A stretch of 64,000 nucleotides of DNA from Malacoraja senta (GCA_038087875.1 JAXLNO010000106.1:1-64000); one strand, 5' to 3'. Numbered from the stretch's first letter, positions 13,483 to 27,503 are shown. Numbers and translations are program-made. The notes: a model not told the origin generated them from the sequence alone.

Positions 13483-15758
13483 ATGTGCTAGTGAGGGTAG
13501 GAATAGGAAGGTGAATGCGTGACTGACGGGTTAGTGTAAGGGACGGGGATTCCGATTTTTAGAACATTGAGATCTCCTCTGGGGGCAGAAGTGACCTGTA
13601 CCAGGGGGATGGGTTGCACCTGAACTGGAGGGAATAAATGGCCTGGTAGGCAGGTTTGCCAGTGCTAATCGGGATCATTGAATCTAGATGGCAGGAGCTG
13701 GGATCCAAAGCAGGAGTGAGACAGGTGAAAGGCGGGAAGTTGATAGCAGGATAGACAGGAGCACAGTGGGCAGTGAGGAAGGACTGTAGAATTAACTGAT
13801 GGGGTAGGAGGATAAACTCTGCATGGATAGTACATGTGACTGGGAATTACTGTTGTTAAGGAAACCTGAGTAAGGAAGGAATAGGACTGGCAACTTAATA
13901 TTCCAGGGTACAGGTGTGGCAGGTGAGATACGGGAGGGGGAGTTACTTCACTGATTAAGGAAAATGTCACAGCAATCGTCTGAGATGACATTCCTGATGG
14001 GTTATCCAGTAAAGCTGTAGAGGTGGAGCTGAGGGAAAAATGGGGATGATCACCTCTTTGGGTGTGTACTAAAAGTCCCAAATAGTCATGGGGAATTATA
14101 AGAATAAATATGCTGGGGGACTGCAAAGCTGTTGTCAAAGTTGTGGATCTTAACTTTCCCAATGTATATTGGGACTGCCATTGTTCCAAGGACAAAGTGG
14201 AATATGCCAAATGTATTTGGCAAGTTTCCTTAGCCAATATATAGAGGGCCCTACAAGGAGTGGGCAAAGATTGGCCTACTCTTTGGAAAGGCAAGTGACT
14301 GAAGTATCAGTGATCACATGTTTTGGGACCAGCAATCACAATTCTATTAGCTTCAACATAGTTATAGATAAGGACAGGCTAATGTTGTGCCACTATTTAA
14401 GACGAGCTGCAAGGAAAAGCCTGGGAACTATAGACCAGTGGACTCAATACTTGTGGTAGGTGAATTACTGGAGAGGATTAGGTGGCTGAAACATTTTAGC
14501 ATTTGGATAGACAGAAGCTGATTAGGGATAGTCAACATGTATGAGATCGTGTCTCACGACTTTGATTGAATTTTTTGAAGTAACAAGGTTGACAAGGACA
14601 AGACTGTGGATGTTTTCTACACGGACTTCGGAAAGGCCTTTGATAAAGTTCTGCATGGTAAGCTGCTCTAGAAGGTTAGATCGTATGGCATCCATATAAA
14701 GCTAGCTGCCCCTGGATACAGAATTTGATTCATGGAAGGAAGCAGAGAATGGTGGTGGTGGATTGTTTATCAAACTACAGGCCTGTGACTAGTGGTGTGC
14801 CTCAGAGATTGGTGCAGGGCCCAATTGCTGTTCATGGTTTAAATCAACAATCAGATGAGAATGTGCAAGGCATGATTAGCAAGTTAATGGCCTTTCCTGC
14901 CGGAGACCGGCCAGAGTTTCAGCAGTGGTGCAGCAGTGAATTCCATCGCGGAGCGGGCGATGCTTTACCGGGGATCACCGTGTTGGAGCTCCGGTGGGCC
15001 TGCCGACTTTAACACTGTGGTGCTGTGGTCTGTGAAGCGTCCAACCGCGGACGGCGCTGACTTTAACATCACAGAGGCCTGGGATCTTTTGCCGAGGAAC
15101 ACCAGTGTTGGAGCTCCGCCCAGCTTGGCCTGTGGACTTCGGAGACTACGTTGCAAACACAGAATGCAGTGCACTAGATTGAGAGAAACAAGGTGAAAGG
15201 ATAGGCATGGACATGTTATGGATAGTCAGCATGGCTTGTGTGGGAAATCATGCCTCACAGGATTGATGAGGAAGACACGGCAGTGGATGTTGTCCACATG
15301 GATTTAAGCAAGGCATTTGACCAGATCTCATGTGGTAGGCATGTCTAGAAGGTGAGATTGCATGGAAGCCAAGGTGAGCTAGGCAATTGGATTCAAAATT
15401 AGTTTGGAGAACATTCAAAGTGTAGTTATGAAGGCTTGTTTTTCTAATTGGAGTCCTGTGATCAGAGGTGTGCCACAGAGGTGGGCCACAGTGGTTTGTT
15501 AAATACATTAGCAATTTGGAAGACAATGTGGTAAATTGTTAGAACATTTGCAGATTACTTCAAAATTGGGGTTATACTAGACAGTAAGAAAGGATGTCTA
15601 AGTTTGCAACAAGATCCAAATCAGTTGGGATGGTGGGCTAAGGAATGGCAAATAAATTGTAAGTTTAACAAGTGTGAGGTATTGGTCTGTAGACTCTAGA
15701 CCAGGACTTGCACAGTAAATAGTAGAGCCTGGAGAGTGCTCCAGAACAGAGATCAAGT

Positions 15759-16806
15759 TTGAAACAAGTTTATTCATGGATAACCCCTTGAGATGGACAG
15801 CCATCTCGTTTTCGAGGGGGTCCAACATAGAACATACAGCACAAGACATAACATACATAAAGGCTCTCATTGACCCACCTACCCACACACCAATCCCAAA
15901 ACCCCTCCATCCCCACTTGTTATAGTTTATAACAATTGTTAATTAGCTTTACATATCCAATAATAACAATAGTTATGTGTTACAGCATAATGTTAGTGCA
16001 CAATACCATATACCACCTATCATACATCATACGTTAATACATACTATCAACATTATTACATAATATATTATTTCATGATATTGTGACATAATACAATATA
16101 AGACCTTGTTACACTATGCAATACAATAATACATAAGTGTAATGGCCATGCATATACAATAGTTATGCCAAATGATCACACTCAGAGCAAGCTAGATAAA
16201 GGAGCTCGAAGACTCTAATACTAGAAACAGGTACATGGTTTTATAAGGAAGGGTAAAAGTGTATTTTTAAATAGACGAAATGAGCTAATAGTTCTTATGG
16301 TACTAGGCAGAGTGTTCCAGTCAGAAGGAGCTTTGTATTTAAATGCACGTCTCCCAATTTCTTTGTTAGTTCTTGGAATGAAAAAGAAGGGTTGCTGAAT
16401 ATGTCTTAGTGAATATGAGGGTGTGTATGGTAATAGGTCTTGTTTTAAATAAGAAGGGTAATTGAGGTGGATGCATTTAAAGATGAACTGGAACCAGTGG
16501 TAGCATCTTCGAGCGTGGGGGGATAACCAGTTTAGAGTTTCGTACATAGAACAGTGGTGAGTTTTTTTATGGACACCTTAAAATATATCTGCAAAGACTA
16601 TTATAAACTACATTAAGGGGTTGAAGAAGTATATCAAATGTATTCTGTTAGGCAATATCAGCATAATCCAGTGTTGGTAGTAGTAGTTGAGAGACAATTA
16701 TTTTTCTCATCTGAAAGGTGAAACAATTTATATGGCGGTAAAGAATAGATAGATTACAGCTACGTTTTTTAGTAATCGTCTCACTATGCTGCGACGATTA
16801 CTAAAT
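15759..16806 (-). mobile_element. 5'-truncated L2-clade LINE inserted only in duplicate B
   Basis: ORF 16221-16547 GRRAFKYKAPSDWNTLP..FKNTL; tail aataaacttgtttcaaacttg; aagt on both sides; empty site at about 11186 in copy A. Confidence 0.75.
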
Positions 16807-17197
16807 AAGTGGATTATAAAGCTACCTCTCAAAGATTCCTGTTGTACTGAATCGATATATAATTATTCATATCACTCCCAAAACACTAATCTCCACTAAT
16901 AAACGGTGCTGCATCAGTGATGTCAAACTCATGAATGATGGGTTGAAGGGCCTGTCTCAGAGCTGTATCTCTCCACGAATCTCAGAGAAAGATCTTTGCT
17001 GAGGAAGTTATTCTCGAAGTCCACGGGTCATCATGGTGCAGCAGAGCCTGATGAAAGGTTGGGGGAAGCGGAGGGAGTGAGCTTGATTTTCCAAGGGGAG
17101 GTGGAAACTGGAAATAATCCTGCTAATTTACAGCAACATTTTGTGTTTTGTTCATTGCAAGTGATTACAGTTCATTAATCAACATCTCCCTCTTCAG

Positions 17198-17458
17198 ATA
17201 AGCTGTTAGAAGCTTTGATATCGACCAACTCCAGCTCCCTGGGTTCCACCATCCAGCTCACCTGTAATGTCAGTGGAGATGTTGACGAGTATCAGTGGTG
17301 GAAAGATGGAGGGGAAATCTCCCGGCATCACCAGCTAATAGATCAGAACAGGAATCTTGTGATTCCAGGAGCTTCAAGACGTGACTGTGGAACATACACC
17401 TGTGTTGCAAACAATCCCCTCAGCCGCATCCAGAAAAATTACACGCTGACTATTCACG
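17198..17458 (+). CDS. Gene A exon: C2/I-type Ig domain, copy 2 (tandem duplicate)
   Basis: Acceptor ctcttcAG|, donor CACG|GTGAGC, 261 bp, open frame; about 10 nt differences from copy 1. Confidence 0.88.
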
Positions 17459-18560
17459 GTGAGCTTGGTTTATGGATGACATTCAAGAGGTTAAATGTTG
17501 TCATCATCTGCTATTGGTGAGCTTTAGAAAGCAATCTGTCAAAACTGCTGATGAGAAAACCTAGAGGAAAATTAGACTTCAGAGAAATAATGCAACACAT
17601 TCAGTCAACCTAGCCTGGTCAATCTGGTCTATGCTGGCCTAGCCTGTGAATTCCAGCCAGTCCCTCTCCTCTGCCCTTCCCCCACTGCCCGACAATATTT
17701 TTTCCAGACACTTATCCAGCTCTCCAAATGTTACAATTCAATAAATCTCCACAATGACCCCTGGTAAATCTGACCTAACCCTAACCAGCTTTGATTCTTT
17801 GTCCTCTTGTACTTTACCCTCTCTATCTACTCGGTCCATAACAGTTGTTTAAATATCTCCATTGGATCTTCTCAACTTCCTCTGTTCGAAGAACAACCTT
17901 GGCCTCTCCAATCTGCCCACATAACCAAGACATCTCATTCCAGGAATCATTATGGTAAATCTCTCCGATTCCCTCTTCCAAAGCCTTTCTTTTTGTCCTA
18001 AACTCCAGCATTTTGTTTCCCAAAGGTTCATCATGACTTACATCATCTGGTGTTCTGTGCCTCCAATTATGTACCCAGGAACCTAAGTGGTTTCAATGTG
18101 CTCTGCCACTTTCAATGAATCTTATACTTGTACATTCTAGATCTGGATGTTCTTCCCAATTCACTCTGGTTTTCATTGCCTTATTATTCCTATCATAATG
18201 TAAGACTCCACATTGCGCTGCATTACAATTATCTGCCACGGATATGCCTATTCCAGCAGCTTGTCTACATCTTAACAGCTTTTATTATCCTGCTTTCCAT
18301 TCGGCACACCTCCCAAGTTTTGTATCATCCACAACATTGGATTTGGTGCTGTGAATCACCAATAAATTATTCTGTCTCGTTGACTCATCTTGGAGGGAAC
18401 ATACAGGCCTTATGTTACAGGTTGATAAGACTGCAGGAGTTGGTACATTCACGTCTCTGCAGCAGATAGGGAAGCCGTTCACTTTCTACGGGTATTGTCA
18501 ACTTTAGCACATATTTTTCTGATGCGCTGATACATAACTCCAATTTACTTTTAATTGCAG

Positions 18561-18677
18561 GCTTTCCCCGTCTGGATATCACAATTGTTATTCTTTCGAT
18601 CATAAACCTGGTGATTTATTCAGCCTATCTAATTGCCTGCCTGTCTCAGCACTGCCAGAAGACTAAATTGGACAAAG
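18561..18677 (+). CDS. Gene A exon: TM1 plus basic cytoplasmic loop
   Basis: ttttaattgcAG| ... AAAG|GTATCT, 117 bp, phase 1-1. GFPRLDITIVILSIINLVIYSAYLIACLSQHCQKTKLDK. Confidence 0.8.
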
Positions 18678-18689
18678 GTATCTGTCATT

Positions 18690-20300
18690 GTATGGTGTCT
18701 AAGGTAGATGGGGCAGTCAAGGAGGCTTCCGGCTCATTAGCCTTCATCAGTCCTGAAGGGTCTCAGCTCAAAACATCACCCATTACTTCTCTCTAAAGAT
18801 GCTGCCTGCACCACTGAGTTACTCCAGCATTTTGTGTCTATCTTCGGTGTAAACCAGCATCTGCAGTTCCTTCCTAAACATACCAGGTATAGAAGTTGGG
18901 ATGTTATGTTACAGTTGAGCAAGATGTCGGTGAGGCTACATTTGGAGTATTGTTCAGATTGAGTCACAAAAGAAAGATGTTGTTAAACTGGAAAGAATGC
19001 AGGGAAAATTTACGAGAATGTTGCCAGGACGCGAGAGCCTAAGCCAAAGGGAGAGGTTGGGCAGGCTAGGACTTTATTCCTTAAAGTATAAGAGGATGAG
19101 GGGTGATTTTATAGAGATGTATAAGATCATGAGGGGAATACATGGGACATCTGAGATGTCCTCAATCTTTAGGGAGCGGGGTCCCCTATCCCATTGTAGA
19201 TGAGGCCCTCACTCGTGTCTCCTAGATGCTCCGCCCTTGCTCCACCTCGCCCTAGTCGCAACAGAGACTGAGTCCTCATAGTCCTTGCCTTCCACCCATT
19301 CAGATGACGCATACAACACATAGTCCTCCAAAACTTCCGCCACCTCGAACGGAATCCCGCCACGAGCCACATTTTCCCATCTCCACCCCTTTCCGCCTTC
19401 TGCAGACACCATTTTCTCCGCAACTCCCTGGTTAACTCATCCCTTCCCACCCAAACCACCCCTCCCCAGATACCTTCCCCTGTAACCGCAGAAGATGCAA
19501 CACCTGTCAACTCTGTCCAGGGACCCCAACAGTCCTTTCAGGTTGGATAGAGGTTCACTTGCACCACCTCCAACTATCTACTGTATCCGTTGTTCAAGAT
19601 GTGGGCTCTTATGCAGCGGCGAGACCAAACGTAGACTGGGCGATCGTTTCTCTGAACACATTTGGTCAGCCTGCCTGAACCTACCCGATCTCATGGTTGC
19701 TAAACACTTTAATTCTCCTTCCCATTCCCACACAATTTCTGTTCTAAGTCTCCTCCATTGTCAGAGTGAGGCTAAACGCAAATTAGAGGAACAGCATCTC
19801 ATATTTCGCTTGGGCAAAATTGATTTCTCTCACTTCAGGTAGCCCTGGCATTGCCTCTCTCTTTATCCCTTCTCCACCCAAGTCCCACTAGCTTCTCATT
19901 TTCACCCAACAAACAGCTAACGATGGGCCTGTTTCCTTTATCATCATTACTTTTTTGCATATCTTTTATTCATTGTTCTTTATATCTCTCTACATCACTG
20001 TCTATATTTTTAATTTCCCTAATCCCTAACCAGTCTGAAGAAGGGTCTCAACCCAAAACGTCACCCATTCCTTCTCTTCGGAGATGCTGCCTGTCTCGCT
20101 GAGTTACTCCAGCTTTGTGTCTAGCTTCGGAGAATAGATAGGGTAGATGCAAAAACTTTTACCCAGAGTAGGAAAATCAAGAACCAGATGTCATAGGTTT
20201 AAGGTGAGAAGGGAAAGATTTAATAGGAATCTAAGGGGCAACTGTTTCACACATAGTGGTGGGTATATGGAATGTGTTGCCAGAGGGAGTAGGATGATGT
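18690..20300 (+). mobile_element. CR1 3' fragment with a nested Penelope fragment (about 19140-20130)
   Basis: FTRMLPG..ERLGRLGLYSL (CR1) flanks IYCIRCSRCGLL..GETKRRLGDRF (Penelope GIY-YIG). Confidence 0.8.
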
Positions 20301-21153
20301 GATTTAAATGTGGATACATGGATGGAATTTGAAAATGTCACAGGAAGTGATTTGAGGGAATAACTTTTGCAGGGGTGAGATTGAAGAGGGTGGGAATATG
20401 GGTGGGGAAGCTTGGAAGGAAGCTCACCACAACTGTCTTGCAGAACTGAAGATGAATAATAAATGCAGGACCCACCAGTGACAAGTGAATGAACCAAGAG
20501 ACACCTGGCAAAGCAGATGTGTCCCTTGGGTCTGTGCATGATGGACTTCTTGCATCTGAGTCACTGTTTACCACTCGACTCCCTGGGTAACTACTCTTTT
20601 TACATTAAGTGTACCTGCATGAAGACAGATCAGCCTGCACCTTGGTCAAAGTTTCCATCCTGGACCAGACCATTGCCCAGTGCCGGCGAGCATCTGTGGG
20701 CAGTGATGTTCCAATTCATGACATCACAACATGCTTCAGGGTTGAACAGTAACTTTGTTGCTGCCCTGGGGTGATTATTGTCACCACTAGCAAGACCATG
20801 TCAGTTACCCCTCACTAGATCATGAGTGTAACACACTGGCCTGATTCACGGTAGGCTCTGGCCTGCTAGTTCCATGTTCACAGCCAGAAGTTGATATCAA
20901 ATGGAAAGATTTCCCTATGGTGTTTTTTTTTCCTTGTCTCTCTTCTTGCTGCCAGAGTATGAGCTCTCTGAACCTCTTACATCCAGTGCTCTGGTGCCTA
21001 CTCAATTTCTGGAATGATATTTAAGCATTCGGTGACTCAGCAGCCTGACCAACCCATAGTCCATCTTCAATACCAGCAACATTTTCTCTGACACATGCGT
21101 TGAACTGTGTGCATGGATTTCACATTCTGAATTTCTTCATTGTTTCTCTGTAG

Positions 21154-21243
21154 CTGTGAAGAGGGTCAAACATTGGTTACTTGGCCTGCATATCTGTAAC
21201 ATTGTGGTTCTAGGTGCCATCCTTCATTGGATCACAATTAAAG
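21154..21243 (+). CDS. Gene A exon: TM2
   Basis: tttctctgtAG| ... AAAG|GTAAGT, 90 bp, phase 1-1. AVKRVKHWLLGLHICNIVVLGAILHWITIK. Confidence 0.78.
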
Positions 21244-21779
21244 GTAAGTGCATGCATAATCTTTACTCAAATTAGAATAATCACTGTGGTAGTCTGGAGA
21301 GTTTGGATTAGAATGAATATCTCAGTCAGTACACTGAACTGCACAATCTGGACCACCAGCAACTATAGTCCTTGGGGTAGGATACTTGCGGGAGGTTTGG
21401 ACTTTAATGGCAGAAGGTCAGATATTCAGAGTTGGAGACCACACCCCACACAGTTCAGCACAATGGTGATCAGTTATGGAAGGCAGATTGTATGTCTTGA
21501 CTGCAAAAGGTATTTTAAGAAATACCCGAGTAATTGAAGGCATATTGATTAACTGATAATCTGCAGAGGTAGAAATTGGCAGGATGCAACTGATAGTAGC
21601 CTGCAAGGATTTCTGATGGGGGTGTAATCAGACTCCATATTTAATCAAATTATGGGATGGAAAGTGGCAATTACGAGATCACCATTGATTCAAAGATAGA
21701 TTACATTTTAAACAGTGAAGAGCAATGCGATTAATTGTGCAATGGATAAACTGTGACAAATGCATTTAATTACAGGGAA

Positions 21780-22410
21780 TGATAGAATCAGTCACAGTGT
21801 GTGGAATCAAACCCTTCGGCCCAACTTGCCCACACCAACCAACATGCTCAATCAACACTAGTTCTAATGCCTGCATTTGGCCCATATTCCTCCATACCAG
21901 TCCTATCCATGTACCCGCCCAATTGCTTAAACATTGTGATAACCCCTGCTTCAACTACCTTCTCTGGCAGCTCGTTCCATACACCCACCATCCTTTGTGT
22001 GAAACTGTCCCCCTCAGATTCCCATCAAATCTTTCCTCCTTCACCTTTAACCAATGCCTTCCGGTTCTCGATTCCCCTACTCTGGGCAAGAGACTCTGTG
22101 CGTCTGCCCGATCTATTCCTCTCATGATTTTGTACACCTCTATAAGAGCACCCCTCATCTTCCTGCTCTCTAAGGAATAGAGTCCCAGCTTGCTCAACCT
22201 CTCCCAATAGCTCAGACCCTCGAGTCCTGGCAATATCCTTGTAAATCTTCTCTGCACCCTTTTCAACTTAACAACATCTTTCCATTAACATGTTGCCCAG
22301 AACTGAACACAATGCTCTAAATGTGGCCTCACCAACGTCTTATATAACTGCAACATGACCTCCCAACATCGTCTTACCGATGAAGGCCAATGTGCCAAAA
22401 GCTTTTTTGG
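21780..22410 (-). mobile_element. CR1 3' fragment
   Basis: RVQRRFTRILPGLEGLSYWERLSKLGLYSLE. Confidence 0.85.
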
Positions 22411-23984
22411 AATCCTAGAGTGATACAGTGTGGAAACGGGCCCTTCGGCCCAACAATGTCCCAGCTACACTAGTCCCACTTGCCTGCGCCAGGTCCATAT
22501 CCCTCCAAACCTGTCTAACTGTCTCTTAAACTATGGGATAGTCCCAGCCTCCTCTGGCAGCTTGTTCCATACACCCACCACTCTTTGTGTGAAAATGTTA
22601 TCCCTTGGATAAAATCTTTTCCCCTTCACCTTGAACCTATGTCTTCTGGTCCTTGATTCCCCTACTCTGGGCAAAAGACTGTGCATCTACGTGATCTATT
22701 CCTCTCATGATTTTGTACACCTCCACAAGATCCCCCCTCATCCTCCTGCACCCCATGGAATAGAGACCCAGCCTTCTCAATCTCTCCCTATACCTCACAC
22801 CCTCTAGTCCTGGCAAAATCATCGTAAATCTTCTCTGAACCCTTTCGAGCTTGACAATATCTTTCCTATAACATGGTGCCCAGAACTGAACACAATAATC
22901 TAAATGCGGTCTCACCAACGTCTTATACAACTGCAACATGACCTCCCAAATTCTATAATACTCTGACTGATGAAGGCCAAAGTGCCAAAAGCCTTTTTGA
23001 CCACCTTATCTACCTGCGAAGCGACCTTCAAGTAACCATGTACCTGTACTCCTAGATCCCTCTGCTCTACATTACCCAGAGGCCTATCATTTACTATGTA
23101 GGTTCTGCCCTTGTTCGATGTCCCAAAATGCAACACCTCACACTTCTCTGTATTAAATTCCATCAACCATTCCTCAGACCACAGGGCTCGAAATTAGAGG
23201 TTGCCCGGGTGCCACTGACCACTCAAAGTGCTGCCGGGCAACCTAAACACCGAGTCATTTTGCCCGGCTTGGCATCCAGATACTGGTTTGTACCGAAGAT
23301 AGACACAAAAAACTGGAGTAACTCCGCGGGTCAGGCAGCATCTCTGGAGAGAAGGAACGCGACGTTACGTGTCGGTGGCGGCTGTACGGGGCAAAGATAC
23401 TAGGTGCGAGGTGACGAAGGGTCGGAGCGAATGATGGGCCACGAACAGCGGCCGCGACAGCGGCTCCATCTCGTCCTCCCGTCCCCCGCCCGCCCTGATA
23501 ATGGCCGCTGCTTGTAAATTCGCTAACGGCGATAACCGCTTTCAAAACAAACCCTCCCGCACGCCGAGGCCGGGAGGAGGGAGGGAGGGGGAGGCCTCGG
23601 CGTGCGGGAGGGTTTGTTTTGCGCTGTTACCAAATTTACAAGCAGAGGCCCTTATCAGGGCGGGCGGGAGGAGGAGGCGGTGGAGCCGCTGTCGCGGCCG
23701 CTGCTGCCGCTGTGCGGGGCCCGTCATTCGCTCCGACTCGTCTGAAGCAGCTGCACCAAAGATCTTATAGCTATGGGATCTCTGAGCTGCACCGCCCGGC
23801 CCCGCACCTTGCTGTTGGCTGGCGGAGGAGGGAGGCGGTGGCGAGGAATTCCCAACGGCCAAGGCAGCGGGGCGATGTTGTCCGAGGAGCGCTGACCTTC
23901 TTTCCTCCCCACCTCGCCCCCCCTCCCTCTCTCTCTCTCTCTCTCTTGTACGCCCCCTCCACCCCTTATCCTGTGACCCCTCCA

Positions 23985-24600
23985 CTCCATCCCGCACTGA
24001 TCCCCATTCCCGCATCTATTCAGTCCTCACTGACATCCCCTATGCTCCCCTCCACATCTACCCCCCCCCATCTATTCATCCTGCACTGATCACCCTATCC
24101 ACCTCGCATTCATTCTCCTGCCACCCACCTCCCCCCCACCCCCGTCCATCCTACACTGGTTCCCCAATTCACCCTGTACTTACCCCTTTCCCATCCATCC
24201 TGCACTTCTCCATCCATCCTGTACTGATCCCCCATCCATCCTGTACTAATCCACGCATTCATCCCGTACTGACCCACCCTCCATTTACCCTGCACCTTCC
24301 CCCCTTCATCCTGTAGTGATCCCCCATTCATTCTGCACACCCTCCGATCCACACTGTACTGACCCCCCCCATTCATCCTGCGCTGATCTTCCCCCCCCCC
24401 ATCCATCCTGTACTGATCCTCCCATTCAAGAAGAATGGGGGAACAATCTGAAGAAGGGTCTCGACCCGAAACGTTGCCGATTTCCTTCGCTCCATAGATG
24501 CTGCCTCACCCGCTGAGTTTCTCCAGCACTTTTGTCTACCCCCATCCATCCCGTACTGAATCCCCCCATTCAACACCACTGACATCCCCGGTGCTCTCCC
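23985..24600. repeat. Degenerate C-rich minisatellite (catcctgtactgatccccc-like units)
   Basis: Repeated ~20-bp units visible directly. Confidence 0.75.
24448..24475 (+). ncRNA. Minimal hammerhead-ribozyme-like core in a Penelope pLTR (representative copy)
   Basis: CTGAAGA-A-GGGTC-TC-GACCC-GAAA-CGTT; related copies at 6601(-), 43328(+), 59260(-) and 60602(+). Stem I is weak. Confidence 0.55.
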
Positions 24601-27207
24601 TCACAAGTTTACCTACTCCAACCAACACGTACTAATTCACCTTCCTTAATCCATCCATTCTGCACCTACTGCCTTCTAACCGCCCCACCCCCGCCATCTA
24701 TCCACCCCGCCCTGATTCACACACACCCCCCTCCCTGACCCTATTGTGCTGGAAATGTCTTCAGAGCGAACATTGACTATGTTTGATAACGGAATGCAAT
24801 CAAATGTGTTTTAATTCCCAATGTTATTATTTGTTTTAATCCATAAAGATGGATTAATTAAATTGTGAACACGTGAAACATTAAAACCGCAGTGTTCGAT
24901 TGTCACAGCTGCCGTTGACACGTTATTACAGAATTCATTTTAACAGCAAATCAATGCTCTTAATATGGAGTATCAGTACTGTATTTATTTAATGAGCAAC
25001 ATTCACAACTATACGTACGCATATATGTTATCATGGTCCAGGATTTATTGACACAGGTTGGTCATACGCTGAATAATCCAACCACATTTTTGTTTGGAAG
25101 TGGAAAGAACTAAAAGTGTAAAAAGAGTTGAGATACTGTCTTATAATTTTGCTGCATGTCATTGTGGGATATATCATGTCTTGATTGGTGAATATGTTTA
25201 GTTTGTGACTTTATTTGAAGCAGAAATAATATGTGAATGCTTCATTGAGTATAATTCCGACTGGTAACTACGCACTTCGTCCGAGCACATTATCGCACAC
25301 GTCATGCAAGCCATCTTAAATGACCACCTAAACTGTCGTTTGGCAACCTAAAAAGCTGCCAAGGTTGCCCGGCTGGCAACAGGGGGGAAAAAGTTAAGCG
25401 GGAGCCCTGGACCACCTGGCCATTCAATCACGATCCTGCTGCAATTATTGACAACCACTTTCTGCAATATCACCCACTTTTGTATCATTAGCAAACTTAC
25501 TAATCTTGCCGTGTATATTCTCATCCAAATCATTGAAAAATATGACAAATAGCCCAGCACCACTAGTCACAAGCCTCCAGTCCAAGAAGCAACCTTTCAC
25601 CATTACCCTCTGATTCCTGCCATGAAGCCATTTTTCTATCCATTCAGCTATTTCTCCTTGGATCCCATGGGATCGGACCTTCCAGAGCAGCCGACAATAT
25701 GGAATCTAGTCAAATGCTTAGCCAAAATCCATATATATAAATAACATCCGCAGCTCTGCCCTCATCAACCTCTTTGGTCAAATCAGATTCCTGAGACATA
25801 AAAACACCCATGTACAAAGCCATGCTGACTATCCTTAATCAGCTCTTGTCCATCTAAAGCCCTTGTGTATGTATATCTATCCCTCAGAATACTCTTCTGT
25901 AACTTTATGATTACAAATGTTGAGCTCACTGGTCTATAGTTCCCAGCCCTTTTTGAATAGGCACAATACCCTCCAGTCTTCTGGCACCTCACCTATATTT
26001 AATGATACTCATAAATTTCAGCCAGGGCTCCTGCAATGTCCTCTCTAGTTTCCCCACAGTGTCCTCGCACATATCTGATCTGGCCCAGATTTGTCAACCT
26101 TCATAAGCATCAGTACCTTCAGCACCTGCTCTAACTGCTCTCAAGATACTTCTATTGAACGCCCCAAGTTTCTCAGTCCTCAGTACAAAGATGTATCATT
26201 TGTCCTAAAGACAGAACAGTGTAGTTTCTAATTTGTGAAAAGCAGTGAGGGCTCAATAAACATATGCGGAGGATGTGTTTATTGATCATTAAAATGTAAT
26301 TGAGGGCTACAGAAAGTCATCACCATAGCCCATGGAATAAATGTCTTTAAACCCAAGCACAGATTTCAGTTATGCTGCAGCATCCTGGTTTGACCACACT
26401 TGGAGAATGGAGTGGTTTGGGGGCCCTGCAGATGTAATTTGTCCTTTTTGTGTAGATTTACAAAATGTAGAGTACAGGAAGTGGGTCTGCGTTCCATGGA
26501 GTTCAGACGGACAGTGTGTGACGTGATGGAAGTTGTTGACGCATTCATGCTGACCATAGGTAGAAACCATTTCTGTTGTTTGAGATGTGTGGGATAGGGA
26601 AGCTTGGCTCGATCAATTGGGGCACGATTCTGTTTTTATAATTGGTAATCACAACTCCTGGAGTGGTTGACTTGGTGATGCCACTTTTTATTCCATCATC
26701 TGAGTCAATCTGGAGAAATAGTGGTTCAGGTTGGTGACCTATCATCAGACGGAGTGAAGAGAGAAATAATTTCATTTTCAGAGATGAGTCAAAGGATTGA
26801 GGAAACAAAAGGGCATCTCTGTGAAGGTGGAGACCAGGAGAGGTTTCTGAGTTCCCGCCACTGGTCTCCCCACGGCTAGTGAACGCATTGCCCTCTGTCA
26901 CTCTTCATTTGATGAAGATGTCAGACTGACACACACAGAATGGGTCAGCAGTGATTTCAGTATCAGTGTACGTGCACTCACACCAGTTTCCTATCATGGG
27001 TTAGTTTCCCAGAGGCCTCACCCACTACAGTGAAAACAGCATATGTTCCAGTGGGGAAACAAGCCTTGCAGAGTTACCTATGTTCCTAGGACCAATATAT
27101 AAATTGTGTATTCCAATATTGAGGAGTAGGATTATTGCATTTTATGTTTAATTTCCTGGCAATCACTGTGTAAATTGCAGACCTTTAATGTTGGATCTTT
27201 GCTCCAG

Positions 27208-27330
27208 GTGCTGAAAGTGTACTGGTGGCAGGTTTATGCATCGTGTCCATCCAGTTTCTGGCTTCGATTCTACCATTCGCTGTTCCGATGTTAGGCAACC
27301 TGTGTATGAACAGATTCCAAAAAAAGAACA
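27208..27330 (+). CDS. Gene A exon: TM3 plus basic loop
   Basis: ctttgctccAG| ... AACA|GTAAGG, 123 bp, phase 1-1. GAESVLVAGLCIVSIQFLASILPFAVPMLGNLCMNRFQKKN. Confidence 0.76.
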
Positions 27331-27419
27331 GTAAGGAGCAGATCATGAATTGATTTTAACATTTCCAATCTTATCAATGAAACATGTTCTCTAACCCTCA
27401 CGTCATCTGTACTTGACAG

Positions 27420-27503
27420 GATTTAGGAATCTTGTATGTGGATTGCAGGTCATTGTGATGGTCATCTCAATCATTTCCTTAACAATGGTGATTCATCAAA
27501 ACA
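27420..27503 (+). CDS. Gene A exon: TM4
   Basis: Branch-like ctaac upstream; gtacttgacAG| ... AACA|GTGAGT, 84 bp, phase 1-1. RFRNLVCGLQVIVMVISIISLTMVIHQN. Confidence 0.76.

Larger units (their letters stand above)
13483..18301 (+). repeat. Tandem segmental duplication, copy B (includes C2 exon 2)
   Basis: Lacks about 9730-10570 of copy A and carries an extra insertion at 15759-16806. Confidence 0.92.
23182..25409. mobile_element. Non-autonomous TIR element (hAT-like termini) with a 5-bp TSD; contains a C-rich minisatellite and Penelope pLTR pieces
   Basis: TIRs CAGGGCTC / GAGCCCTG; gacca duplicated on both sides, and removing the element restores the host CR1. Confidence 0.75.
22430..26130 (-). 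mobile_element. Decayed CR1 RT region split by a TIR element at 23182-25409
   Basis: LYKTLVRPHLDYCVQFWAP and EFNTEKCEVLHFG; continues after 25414 with SQHGF and NYRPVS motifs. Confidence 0.8.
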
